Of a stretch of DNA of 64,000 nt, positions 51,571 through 61,431 are shown in pieces (the stretch's first letter is position 1; each line of letters opens with the position of its first letter). This stretch comes from Phycisphaerae bacterium (GTDB taxonomy: Bacteria > Planctomycetota > Phycisphaerae > UBA1845). Under the pieces are notes generated by a model. It ran no database searches and was not told where the DNA came from. It worked only from the letters and a program-made list of their open reading frames with translations. The stretch is from contig CAXXGO010000006.1 in the NCBI GenBank assembly GCA_963666835.2, positions 736,001 through 800,000 of the forward strand. Reading direction: 5' to 3'. The position numbers and the translations under genes are program-made.

Positions 51571-51622
51571 GTAACGCAGTCTTCCAGCCTGCCCCGTGTA
51601 ACGCAGGCTTCCAGCCTGCCCG
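51571..51622. repeat. Two tandem GTAACGCAG(G/T)CTTCCAGCCTGC REP-like units
   Basis: 27-bp period duplication. Confidence 0.7.
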
Positions 51623-51783
51623 ACGCCCCCTTGCAGAAGGGGGAAGAACCCAGTGCATTGCCACTCGTGGAAGGCATGGGTCCAATCCGCACCGCGTCCC
51701 CTCCCGGCCCTGCTCAACAGCAGTGGCACACTCCGAAACCGCGGTGTGACGTAGCACCAGAAACAACCTCTGTGAAATCGGTA

Positions 51784-54700
51784 CTAGGGTGCGGCAGTCT
51801 GCATCTTCTTCGGTTTCTTCTTTTGGAACAAGCGGGCGAACTCTTCGGTAAGACGCCGGAGCGGTACCGGTCGGACGGTGGGCTGCGAGAGCGGACCGGT
51901 GACGTGCAACTCGACGAGTTCGCGAGACGCATTCTCCACCAGATCCGCCAGACCGGAGCCGCGGACCCAATCGTGCGGACTGGCGCTGACGAGATGGAGG
52001 TCCAGCCCCTGGTCGGGAAGCGACATTGTTCCGTAACCCGCCAAGGCCAAGGCGTTTCCTTCCAGCACAACACGTTTGAGGTCCAATTGGTTGCCCGTCA
52101 AGAAGAAGCCGGCCTCCACGGTATGGAAGGCGTCCTCGTTGGGGACCGCGAGGTTAATGACCTGGAGAATAGCCAGAATAATCGGCAGGCGGTACATCTG
52201 GCCTTCGACAATCTCCATTTGCCCACCGCCGCGCCGTGATTTCGAATCTCCCGCCACGCCCGACAAGTGCAGCCGAAGATCCGCAACGCCCTTGGCCTCG
52301 ATAGGCTCAGTCTCTGCGGAAGCAGGCGATCCGGAATCGTTGAGGAACGGCTTGACATCCACGTTGTGGAGAACGGTTTTGAGTTGATAATCGGTTTGGT
52401 GTTCGTCGAAAGACACGTCCACGCGGGCCGTCAACGCCCCGCCGTAGATGTCGCCCCTAATGTCGCTCAGAGTGAGTCGCCCGAGCCCGTCTGCGCGGCG
52501 AGCATACGCCCACGGTCCGGCAACCGCGGTGACCTTTCGCCCCAGGACCCTCAGCGTGTCCAGTTCAAAAGTACCCGCCAACGTCGTGCCGGCCAGGCGA
52601 TCAATCAGTTGCCCTTCGCCGTTGATCGTCCCATCAATCTCCCGTATTCCGGCCACCCCCGTCAGAGCCACTGAGGCCAGGTCTGCGTGCCCTGCGAATG
52701 ACCACACCGGCGAAGCCTCCGGATGAGCTCGTTCGAAGTGGACTCGAGCGAAGCCGACATTCGCCTTGCCGGCAACTCCGAGCCGATCCCAAGTCACCCG
52801 CGAACCGGTCGGCAGAACCGTTCGGACCGAATCATCCAAGGGCAGATCTCTGACCGTCAACGTGATGTCACCAGACTCACCAGCGCCCGCAAAGGTCGCC
52901 TCGAAGTCGGCCTCGAGTTCGGCCTCTCCGAATCGTCCGGCGACTCCCGACCCTCGCATGCCGTGCTCATCGACAACGATTTCAGCGGTAACTCCCGTCA
53001 ACGGTAGCGGTAACCGGTTGTGCCGTACCGTGGCACCATGCAACCGCGCTATCGTGCGCACCGCCAATGTCGCATCTATGTCACCGGGGGTACTTTGCAC
53101 TGATATATCAGCATCAATCGGCCCCTCTACCTGCCACGCCGTCAGAGCCTGCCGGGCTCTTTCGGGAACGACCGAGACCAACCGATCGTCAATGGTCACG
53201 CCCCGCGCCTCGATGGCCACCGCGGTATCAAGCGGCGGTTGCGTGCGGTCGAGCGTCCCGGTAGCGCTCAACGCCGCCTCGCCGTAGCGCCCGGAGAGTT
53301 CGTTCAACAGGATCCGGTTTGAATCGAACCTCAAGCGCCCCTCGACCCCCTCTATGCGCAGTGGAAACGCCTCCGGTTCGATCGTTACGCCCAGCAGGGT
53401 GACATCTGACGTTTGGGTGACAGTACGGCGGGAAGGGTCCAATCCCAGCACAGTTACCGTATCAAACCGACCCGTTGGGCGAAATCGCCCTACTTGTTCC
53501 TGCATCGTCGCCGGCAGGCATTCCACGAACTGATCGTCGAGCGAAACTCCCCGGGCGCGGACCGTAAGGTCCAAGGCGACCGGTACGCCCGCATCGAGTG
53601 CCACTGAGCCGTCGATCTCCACTCCGGCACCCCCCGCCGCACCCTTCACGTCAGACACGCGCACCTGCGGGCCGTCGAGGGTTACCGTACCACTCATGTC
53701 TTTCAGAGGATAAGGAAACCCGGAGTAACACGCGGAAAGATCCTCAAATGACAAAGTAGTGACAGTTTTCCACGGAGCGGCCTGCTCTGCGGTACCGGCC
53801 AGCCTGGTCAGGTCCACCGAAATACCCAGTGCGCCCTTGGGATCAAACCGGTCATGAAAGTCGCGAAACCGAGCCGGAGCCGTCTGTATGAGAGCGTCAT
53901 CGATGACAATCTCGGTGCCGGTGATGTTCAATTCAGCCGCGGCCTGTTGACCATACCCGGTTACGCTGCCGTCCACGGTTACGACCCCGCCGTCGTGCTC
54001 GCCGCTTATGTTCCGGATGGTCGCGCCGTCGGGCGTGAACTCGACAGACCCGGACATGTCCACCACTCGATACGGCAGCTTGTGATAAGAGGCGTCGCAG
54101 CCACGCGCGGTAACCAGGACTCGGCGCGCTACGACCGCCTCATCCGGACCGGCACGTTTTTCCGCCTCAATCTCGACATCCACGCGCCCGTGAGGGTCGT
54201 ACCTTCGGAAGAACTTGGCCAGTGCCGGCCAGCGCTCGATGAACCGGGCGTGCTCCGGCAGCGCGGCGGAGTCGTTGCGCGGTAGCTCGAGGTCCTCGAC
54301 CGAAAAACGAACGCTGAAATCGATATCATCGAGAGTGGGAAACTGTTCATCCCCTCCGGAGATGGTGGCGGATACGTTGCACAGGCTCCCATGGAATCGC
54401 CCGGTGAAACGGGCATCGATCCCCGAGGCAGTGAGGGTGGCCGTCCCGAATACTCGTTCGAAGCGCAAATAGCGATGATCGGGGGGGAGTTGGTGCTCCT
54501 GCTCGTTGATCGGAATGGACAGGCCGGCGTTGTCCAGCTCGATCGTGGCGGATCGCGGACCGCCCGAATCTCCCCCCAAGTTGTAGTCGCGTGCTCGAAC
54601 GACTCCGTCCAGACCCAGCAGGTCCGACCAAGTTCCCGCCGTGTCGAAACCGGCGTTAATGGCGATCATAACCGCCTCTATCGACATCCACGGAAGCCCA

Positions 54701-55437
54701 CCCCGAATGTTGCGGACGCAGCCGGCTACGGTGTCTACCTCGGAGTGCCCCTCCGCGTTGCGCCGCCCGCCGCCGTTCCACACCACATCGTACACCCCGC
54801 GATCGCGGCGCGACGGTCGAGCGCGAACAGTTAGCGTGAGATCATCCACCACCCGGTCGATTTCAGACTCTCTTTGGATTACCTTCACGCGGGCATCGAT
54901 CAACTCGATGGTCGGCAGAGGATATCGCAACTCCGTGTCGAATGACTCAGTGCGGCGGAACAGCCCGTGCAGATTCGTTCCACCATCCGCAGAATCCCGG
55001 ACGATCACACAGGTCGGGCTCTCGGCCGCGATGGACTTGATCTGAAGACGGCCGGACTCCGCCCAGGCCAAATCGTGAGTAAGATCGACCCGGCGACAGG
55101 AGAACACCGGCTCGGACCGGCTATCATCGTGGAGCCCCGCCTGGGCGGCGGTGTCGTCCAGCGGTTCCAGGACCGTGACATCGCGAAGGTGAATCCCACC
55201 GGACCAGGAATAGTCGGCCGAACCCACCGAAACACGCCCTAAGGTCAATTGCTGCAGGTAAGACTCTGCGATGCTCCGGACGCGTTCCGGATCGGTGTAC
55301 CGTGCGTACGTTACCCACGTAGCCACCGAGGCGATGCCGACAATCGCGAGGGGCAGCCCCAGCCACAGCCACTTCGACCGAAGTTTCGATGTGCGTTCGG
55401 CGGTCTGAGGATCGTCAGGCAACGGCAGATCCTCCAA
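51784..55437 (-). CDS. AsmA-like / TamB-YhdP-type large envelope protein
   Basis: N-terminal TM then long repetitive beta-strand pattern (FPYPL..G.V); C-terminal V.GPLSQP.V typical of AsmA-like C-termini. Confidence 0.78.
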   Translation of the reverse strand: MEDLPLPDDPQTAERTSKLRSKWLWLGLPLAIVGIASVATWVTYARYTDPERVRSIAESYLQQLTLGRVSVGSADYSWSGGIHLRDVTVLEPLDDTAAQAGLHDDSRSEPVFSCRRVDLTHDLAWAESGRLQIKSIAAESPTCVIVRDSADGGTNLHGLFRRTESFDTELRYPLPTIELIDARVKVIQRESEIDRVVDDLTLTVRARPSRRDRGVYDVVWNGGGRRNAEGHSEVDTVAGCVRNIRGGLPWMSIEAVMIAINAGFDTAGTWSDLLGLDGVVRARDYNLGGDSGGPRSATIELDNAGLSIPINEQEHQLPPDHRYLRFERVFGTATLTASGIDARFTGRFHGSLCNVSATISGGDEQFPTLDDIDFSVRFSVEDLELPRNDSAALPEHARFIERWPALAKFFRRYDPHGRVDVEIEAEKRAGPDEAVVARRVLVTARGCDASYHKLPYRVVDMSGSVEFTPDGATIRNISGEHDGGVVTVDGSVTGYGQQAAAELNITGTEIVIDDALIQTAPARFRDFHDRFDPKGALGISVDLTRLAGTAEQAAPWKTVTTLSFEDLSACYSGFPYPLKDMSGTVTLDGPQVRVSDVKGAAGGAGVEIDGSVALDAGVPVALDLTVRARGVSLDDQFVECLPATMQEQVGRFRPTGRFDTVTVLGLDPSRRTVTQTSDVTLLGVTIEPEAFPLRIEGVEGRLRFDSNRILLNELSGRYGEAALSATGTLDRTQPPLDTAVAIEARGVTIDDRLVSVVPERARQALTAWQVEGPIDADISVQSTPGDIDATLAVRTIARLHGATVRHNRLPLPLTGVTAEIVVDEHGMRGSGVAGRFGEAELEADFEATFAGAGESGDITLTVRDLPLDDSVRTVLPTGSRVTWDRLGVAGKANVGFARVHFERAHPEASPVWSFAGHADLASVALTGVAGIREIDGTINGEGQLIDRLAGTTLAGTFELDTLRVLGRKVTAVAGPWAYARRADGLGRLTLSDIRGDIYGGALTARVDVSFDEHQTDYQLKTVLHNVDVKPFLNDSGSPASAETEPIEAKGVADLRLHLSGVAGDSKSRRGGGQMEIVEGQMYRLPIILAILQVINLAVPNEDAFHTVEAGFFLTGNQLDLKRVVLEGNALALAGYGTMSLPDQGLDLHLVSASPHDWVRGSGLADLVENASRELVELHVTGPLSQPTVRPVPLRRLTEEFARLFQKKKPKKMQTAAP

Positions 55438-56719
55438 TTGAGCTGCGCCCGCGCACGCGCCGGCATAACTGAACCAAAGCCACTGCGGCCAGAATCTCCA
55501 GCATCGGCATCGCCACCAGGCGATACCGTACGCTTCCGACGAACAGACTGTGCAGCATGGTCAAACAGACGGCCGGAAGCAATAGGAAGAGGGCGGCTTG
55601 CGCCTCACCCGCGCCGTGCCGCTTCAACAACAGAAAGACCCCGCATGCGCCGAGCGCATAGACCGGCAAAACCCAGCCGGCAGATACCAGCCGTACCGAT
55701 GATGATTGATGGGTCTCGACATTGGGGAACGGGTTCCACATTCGTCGCAGCTTGACCCCGGCCAGCCCGACTACCCGCCCGGGATCCTCGCGGATCAACC
55801 GGAGCGACTCGCGGAAGAAGTAGCGGTTCCACTCGCCCTCCTTCAGGCCGGCGACGGCCGGCATCTGTTTAATGTCCCCCAGGTCGCTGCTCCCGTCGGC
55901 CCCGGGATGCACGCCGTCGTAGAGAGAGATACCTCCCCGGTTGGTCAGCCAGCACCATTCACCAGTTACTTTGTGGTTACGCACGGCCCATGGAACCAGC
56001 GATGCCGTCACGATTCCACCGACGGCAACTGCTCCGAGGATCGTACGCCCATGCCACCGGCGCGCGGACCCCACGAAGACAACCAACGCTACAACCAGAC
56101 CGAGGTTAGACGGGCGAACGTAGACCGCGGCTGCGGCCAGGACGCCGACACCCAACCAGCGAGACCACGCATGACGACCGGTCGGCGGCTCGTTCAGCAG
56201 CGGCACCGCAGCCCACCACAGCGCCAACAATGCCGCGGCGCAGAAAGTCTCGGTCAGAAGCAGTGATGAGGTGAAGATCAAGAACGGGTCTATCGCCACT
56301 GCCAGGGCGGCCCACATACCGATGGTCCGATCGAACAGCGCCGCCGCCAGAGCAAAGGTCAAAACCGCAACCGTCGCTCCGACCAGCCAGTGCAGCACTT
56401 TCGCAAGCACTACTCCGTGGGCAACCCGCGTAAACGGGGCCAACACCGCCGGATAAAGCGGCATCCGCGTGGCTTGAAAACCCAACTCGTCGCGAAGTCC
56501 GTCCCCGCCGGCCAGGGAAGAGGCCACCAGCCAATACTGCTCTTCGTCCGGCAGCGAAAGCTGCGTAGGGTCATCGGCTCGCATTAGAGCAAAGGTCCCC
56601 CAGCCGGCCCGCATGACCAGGGCGACGAGGAACAAGCCGAGATACATGCGGCACCCCGCGAGCGTTCCGGTCCGCCGACGAAGTGACGCGGTACCGTCAT
56701 CTACCGATGTTCGGTTCAC
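55415..56719 (-). CDS. GT-C glycosyltransferase (PMT/ArnT-like)
   Basis: DEEQY, RMPLYP, LLTET, RP, PW.VRN, RYR; GTG start overlaps the tilS stop. Confidence 0.83.
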   Translation of the reverse strand: MNRTSVDDGTASLRRRTGTLAGCRMYLGLFLVALVMRAGWGTFALMRADDPTQLSLPDEEQYWLVASSLAGGDGLRDELGFQATRMPLYPAVLAPFTRVAHGVVLAKVLHWLVGATVAVLTFALAAALFDRTIGMWAALAVAIDPFLIFTSSLLLTETFCAAALLALWWAAVPLLNEPPTGRHAWSRWLGVGVLAAAAVYVRPSNLGLVVALVVFVGSARRWHGRTILGAVAVGGIVTASLVPWAVRNHKVTGEWCWLTNRGGISLYDGVHPGADGSSDLGDIKQMPAVAGLKEGEWNRYFFRESLRLIREDPGRVVGLAGVKLRRMWNPFPNVETHQSSSVRLVSAGWVLPVYALGACGVFLLLKRHGAGEAQAALFLLLPAVCLTMLHSLFVGSVRYRLVAMPMLEILAAVALVQLCRRVRGRSSIGGSAVA

Positions 56720-58152
56720 CGCTCCAATGACCTTGCACGAAGATGGATAACCTGCCGGGTCAGCTCCGTCAACTTGACCCGATCGTCTATGCGATGGCCG
56801 ATGACCCAAATCGGCCCGAGCTGGTCGCACAGCACCGCGACACGCCGGCGCTCCTCGGGGCTTACCTTTGAATCGGTCAGGAAATCCGAGAGCTTCTTCG
56901 ATCCCGGCGCCCCCAACGGACAGAAACGATCACCCGAACGGCGAGCCCGCACGATCAACGGCGGGTGTACGGCCTCGGCGTTTATGTACTCTTCCATCCG
57001 CTCGGCATTACGGCGCATACTGGGAATATCCTGGGCCGCAACGTCTTTGATCAGGCACTCGATGGCCAGCCGGCGAACCGGCAACACCGTCTCCCCCGGC
57101 AGGTGTACCGCGATCTCCGCGGCGATATCCTCGCGCGGCTCATCAGATGGGAGCGAGAAGACCAACTGGTGATAACGCTTCTCTACGGTCATTCCTCCGG
57201 GCAGTTGCACACGCCTGCCACTGCCGGTATCGCTCAGAAGATCCAGCGCCGACACCAGATGAGCGAAAGCCAGATCCTGCTCGCCCAGTCCGAAGGACCG
57301 GTAGGCCAGGCGGACGATCTCGGTCTGGACAATGCGGCTCTTCCTCAAAAGTGCCTCGGCGTTCAAGGTCAGAACCTGGTCGGTGTGCGAGATGATCAGA
57401 GTCTCGAACGTGCGCTGCACCGTTTCGGCAAGGTATTCTTCGACCCAGTTCGCCTGCTCCGCCAGCCGCGCCAGCGCGTCGCGAACCTGCGGGTTCACCT
57501 CAGCTTCGAGCGTGGGAATGATCACGTTGCGGATCCGGTTCCGCATCGGCTCGTTGGATGAATTGGTTCGATCCTCTCTGAATGCGATTCCAGCGTCCGC
57601 AAGGTACTCCAATAACCACCGGCAACTCCGGCGTAGCAGCGGGCGGACTACCCGTACGTCACTCCCCGGAGCCAACGGCCGGCTTCGCGGAATACCACTC
57701 AGCCCTCGCAAGCCCGTTCCGCGAAGAATCCGCTGGAGGATCGTCTCGACGTTGTCGTCGCGATGGTGCCCGACGGCCACGATCCGCGAGCCGACCTTCA
57801 GGCAGACCCGCTCGAAGAAGGCATAGCGCTCGCGCCGGCCGATTTCCTCGACTCCCGCCGATTCCTCCCGCGCCATAGCGGCCACGTCGCGCTTGCCGAT
57901 CGTACAGGGCAGGTGAAGGCTGTCCGAAGCCGCCTGAACGAAGGCGGCGTCCTTTTCCGCTTCGTCGCCGCGCAACTGGTGGTTCAGGTGGGCCACGTGC
58001 AGCCGCAGGCTCCAGTCAGCCTTCTCGTTCAAGGCCAGAAGAAGATGCAGCAGCGCCATCGAATCCGGACCGCCGGAGACCCCGACCACGATACTGTCGT
58101 CAGGCTTGATGAGCCGTTCGGCCAGCAACTCCTGGGCAAGTAACTTAATCAT
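56716..58152 (-). CDS. tilS: tRNA(Ile)-lysidine synthase
   Basis: PP-loop SGGPDS, H.NH.LRG, GHH.DD..ET, RGTG..GL, RPLL, RNRIR, C-terminal GSKKLSDF. Confidence 0.96.
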   Translation of the reverse strand: MIKLLAQELLAERLIKPDDSIVVGVSGGPDSMALLHLLLALNEKADWSLRLHVAHLNHQLRGDEAEKDAAFVQAASDSLHLPCTIGKRDVAAMAREESAGVEEIGRRERYAFFERVCLKVGSRIVAVGHHRDDNVETILQRILRGTGLRGLSGIPRSRPLAPGSDVRVVRPLLRRSCRWLLEYLADAGIAFREDRTNSSNEPMRNRIRNVIIPTLEAEVNPQVRDALARLAEQANWVEEYLAETVQRTFETLIISHTDQVLTLNAEALLRKSRIVQTEIVRLAYRSFGLGEQDLAFAHLVSALDLLSDTGSGRRVQLPGGMTVEKRYHQLVFSLPSDEPREDIAAEIAVHLPGETVLPVRRLAIECLIKDVAAQDIPSMRRNAERMEEYINAEAVHPPLIVRARRSGDRFCPLGAPGSKKLSDFLTDSKVSPEERRRVAVLCDQLGPIWVIGHRIDDRVKLTELTRQVIHLRARSLER

Positions 58153-58380
58153 AACCCGTCCGCCGCTTGAAGTGTCGTTCCATCTGGCCCAATACCGCCG
58201 ATCGCGGATTCCCCCGCTTTGGCGCCGTCCGTCCCGTTCTCCCCCGCTCCACGCCGGACGCGACGACAACCTTGCTTCGCGTATCTTACCGCACTTGCCC
58301 CACGATGCCAGCAAGGGCGCGCAGCGCGAGCCGAGTAGGGTGTGGCCCGGCCGCACCCTCGACGTCCAAGCCGAGCGCAT

Positions 58381-58946
58381 AGGGTCCGCTGTGCCGGGTG
58401 CCATGGTCCACGCTTGCGTGGCCATGAACGTCTTTTGGGTCGGCTGTACGCGAGCGTATCAACCTCGCCAGGCAACCACGCGGAAAACCGTCCCGAAGGG
58501 CCAGCGGACGGTCAAACGGATCGCGCGAAGACCGCGGCAGGTCTCGTACCTCGACCATGCCCTACGAGACCGGCAGGGTCCGCTGGGTGCCGGGTGCCAT
58601 GGTCCACGCTTGCGTGGCCATGAACGTCTTTTGGGTCGGCTGTACGCGAGCGTATCAACCTCGTCAGGCAACCACGCGGAAAACCGTCCCGAAGGGCCGG
58701 CGGACGGTCAAACGGATCGTGCGAAGACCGCGGCAGGTCTCGTACCTCGACCATGCCCTACGAGACCGGCAGGGTCCGCCGGGTGCCGGGTGCCATGGTC
58801 CACGCTTGCGTGGCCATGAACGTCTTTTGGGTCGGCTGTACGCGAGCGTATCAACCTCGTCAGGCAACCACGCGGAAAACCGTCCCGAAGGGCCGGCGGA
58901 TGGTCAAAGGGATCGCCCGAAGACCACGGCAGGTCTCGTATCTCGA
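58381..58946. repeat. Tandem repeat, about 3 near-identical units of 194-196 bp, each ending in a reverse GTAG-REP
   Basis: Units start at 58381, 58575 and 58771 (AGGGTCCGC..GTGCCATGGTCCACGCTTGCGTGGCCATG..). Confidence 0.92.
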
Positions 58947-59408
58947 TTTGGTCTACAAGGGATGCTAGGTGTATGTCATACGACAATCACGATTCTGCAC
59001 TGCTCAAGAGCAGTGGCACGCTCGCCGGCGTCAAGCCCCTTGGGGCGACAGATCTTGTAGCCCCAGGCGTGAGCCTGGGGAAATGTACGCCCGTTCTGTA
59101 TTGAGCCCCTTGTGGGCGGCAGATCGCATCGGTGTTTGAGCGCGTGCCCGGTAATTCGACATCAGACAGGGAGACGTTGGCCCCAGCCGGCGCACAAGCC
59201 TGTGCCGAAGTGCCGCCCTGTCGGGCTCAAGACGTCTGAGGTGCCCGTTCCCAGGGCTGACGCCCTGGGCTGGAATCGGTGCCGCCCTTGCGGGCTGGTT
59301 CGGCGACCCACACGCGTGGTGGGGCCCGCTATGCGGACCACATGGCTCGGATTCGGGCTTCTGGAGCTTTTTGCTTTGTCGTTTGGCGCCAGTAAACTCG
59401 CCAGGACC

Positions 59409-60401
59409 ATGGATGTCATGCTTCCTTCAACTCGACGGATGACGCCCGATGAAGTCATGGACCTCCTGCGCCACGAGCACGCCAGGCTCGCGCAATACGA
59501 CTTGGCGGAGGAGATCGACCTCACCGTCGATACCAAAGTCGACGATTGGCTCTGCTGGGCGGATGACATGTCGCGACTGTGGGTCGGCAACGCCCGCCGG
59601 CTAAACGCGCTCTTCGGAATCGCGGTACCGCTTAGAGAGTGGAACCAAGTTCTGAACCCAACTCAGTCGAAGACCCTCCGAGGCGTGGCCGCGTTTGTGG
59701 CTGCGCACGCGATAGTACCCGAGATACCGACCGTGACGATCCTAGGCCGGTCGTGCCGCACGGCCGGGGCGTTTCTCACAATCCGCGCGCTTATGGAAAG
59801 CCAAGGCGTGGATACGTCGCAACTGCGGCCCAGCGCGCCGCTGAGCCGGTTTGCCGGCACTGGGCTGCCGGAAGTCTATACAACACTCGTACGATTGGCG
59901 CCCTCTCTTGTCTCTCGATTCGACCCCGTTTTCCGGAGTGACCTGGCACATACTCTCTCCGCAGCGGTGCTCTTGTTGACGACCATTGTCGGTGGCGTTG
60001 TGGCTGGACAATCCCCGTTGATCGGCCTTCCGATTGCGGTTGCCGCTTTCGTGAGCTTCGTCTTTGTCTGGCGGTTATCCGAGAAGCGGATTGCCGCGCC
60101 GCGTTGGTCAACGAGTATCTGGCGATCGGGAGTTGGAAGGTGCGAGACAATGCTGAATGCTTGTATGATTGACAAGTGCAACGACGTAGTCATCATCAGA
60201 AACGTCGGCCGAGAGGATAGGGCTCTGCTGAGGGGCAACCCGAGCGCTCGGTTCGACGCCGGGACAGGTGCGGGAGCCTACCCTCACGGCGGCTCCTGCT
60301 CCCCCAACCTGTTCTGGCCAGAAAGCGATAAACCTCGGGGGTTTGGGGGCAGCGCCCCCAAGGCAAACCCTGGCGCGGTGGGACAATTGTCAAGAAGGTA
60401 G
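59409..60401 (+). CDS. Hypothetical membrane protein; C-terminus after about 60100 likely foreign read-through
   Basis: Protein-like N-terminal domain plus two TM segments; the tail runs through a GC hairpin-rich region. Confidence 0.6.
   Translation: MDVMLPSTRRMTPDEVMDLLRHEHARLAQYDLAEEIDLTVDTKVDDWLCWADDMSRLWVGNARRLNALFGIAVPLREWNQVLNPTQSKTLRGVAAFVAAHAIVPEIPTVTILGRSCRTAGAFLTIRALMESQGVDTSQLRPSAPLSRFAGTGLPEVYTTLVRLAPSLVSRFDPVFRSDLAHTLSAAVLLLTTIVGGVVAGQSPLIGLPIAVAAFVSFVFVWRLSEKRIAAPRWSTSIWRSGVGRCETMLNACMIDKCNDVVIIRNVGREDRALLRGNPSARFDAGTGAGAYPHGGSCSPNLFWPESDKPRGFGGSAPKANPGAVGQLSRR
60203..60360 (+). ncRNA. Candidate structured RNA/DNA element (two stem-loops with complementary loops plus a terminal hairpin)
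   Basis: Stems 60203-60213/60247-60258, 60259-60269/60307-60317, 60270-60278/60291-60299, 60344-60350/60354-60360. Confidence 0.4.
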
Positions 60402-60584
60402 GGGCTGGGTACGAAACGGTCGCACGATTCCCCAGGCTCACGCCGTGGGGCTAGACGGATCTGTCGCCCTAACGGGCTGCGCGCCGTAGGGCAGGTCGAG
60501 GAACGAGACCTGCCGTGGTCAGCGATGCCGCACGATGAACGGGCAACCACTACGATGGTGGTCCTTTGAGGGGGTTTACGGTTC

Positions 60585-61142
60585 ATGAACAAGGCCGAAG
60601 ACGAATACGGTCCGAACTGGGAGCTGGTCGACGGGTACCTGAAGGAGATCCACAAGGGCTTCCTATTCGAGAATCTCGGGAAAACCGATCGGGCGGACGC
60701 AACCGTGCAACGTATCTGGGACTGGGGCGTCTTCCAGGAGGCCATGGACTACAGCCTCGAGGACGCTTCACCAGACAATTGCCGCTATTTGGCGTTCCTG
60801 TCACAGTGTGACGACGCGCACTTCCGGAATAAGGCGCTCGCTGCAGAACACGGCCGCACGGAACACCTCAAGAATGCTGCCGGGGAAGCATCGGAGGGTT
60901 ACGCATGTGAGGTTGGAGGGAATGAAGCCCCGGGTTATTACAGACTCGCTCGTACAGTTGAGCCGGACTACTACTGGGAGGCTTCGGTCCACCATCATTG
61001 TATCTATATTGCCTGTGAGATGGTCGTGGCCGATTTGACGGATGTCCATCTGCTGCGCGACATGTGGTACTGGTATCGCGCCGGCCACTGGCCTTGCGGA
61101 TGGGAGGGCGAATGGCCCGACGGCCGACTTATCGTGTACTAG
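60585..61142 (+). CDS. Acidic hypothetical protein resembling polymorphic-toxin immunity proteins
   Basis: C-terminal WY.AGHWPCGWEGEWPDGRLIVY motif; bracketed by inverted REPs. Confidence 0.7.
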   Translation: MNKAEDEYGPNWELVDGYLKEIHKGFLFENLGKTDRADATVQRIWDWGVFQEAMDYSLEDASPDNCRYLAFLSQCDDAHFRNKALAAEHGRTEHLKNAAGEASEGYACEVGGNEAPGYYRLARTVEPDYYWEASVHHHCIYIACEMVVADLTDVHLLRDMWYWYRAGHWPCGWEGEWPDGRLIVY

Positions 61143-61431
61143 ACGATCGGCGGCATCTGGGCGCTGACAGAGAACCGCGGCAGGTCTCGTGCCTCGACCT
61201 GCCCTACGAGACTGCTTACCTTCTTCTCTGCTTGAGGGGTCCTTCAAACCGTCGCCGGCTTGTTATTATCGGCACCTGGCGCAGCGACTGCGCGGTTTGC
61301 TAAGGTGGACTACGCCCGAATACAGGACCTTGCGAATCAGGATTGAACTCCGGTATGATGGATCCTTCGTAGGTGGTTGGGGCTCCCTCGTCGACAGGGG
61401 GACGAAGCTGCGCAAGGAGCAGGAGGGGATT

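Noticed and set aside
58381..58946. Possible CRISPR array
   Set aside because: Whole units including the would-be spacers are near-identical; no unique spacers and no cas genes.
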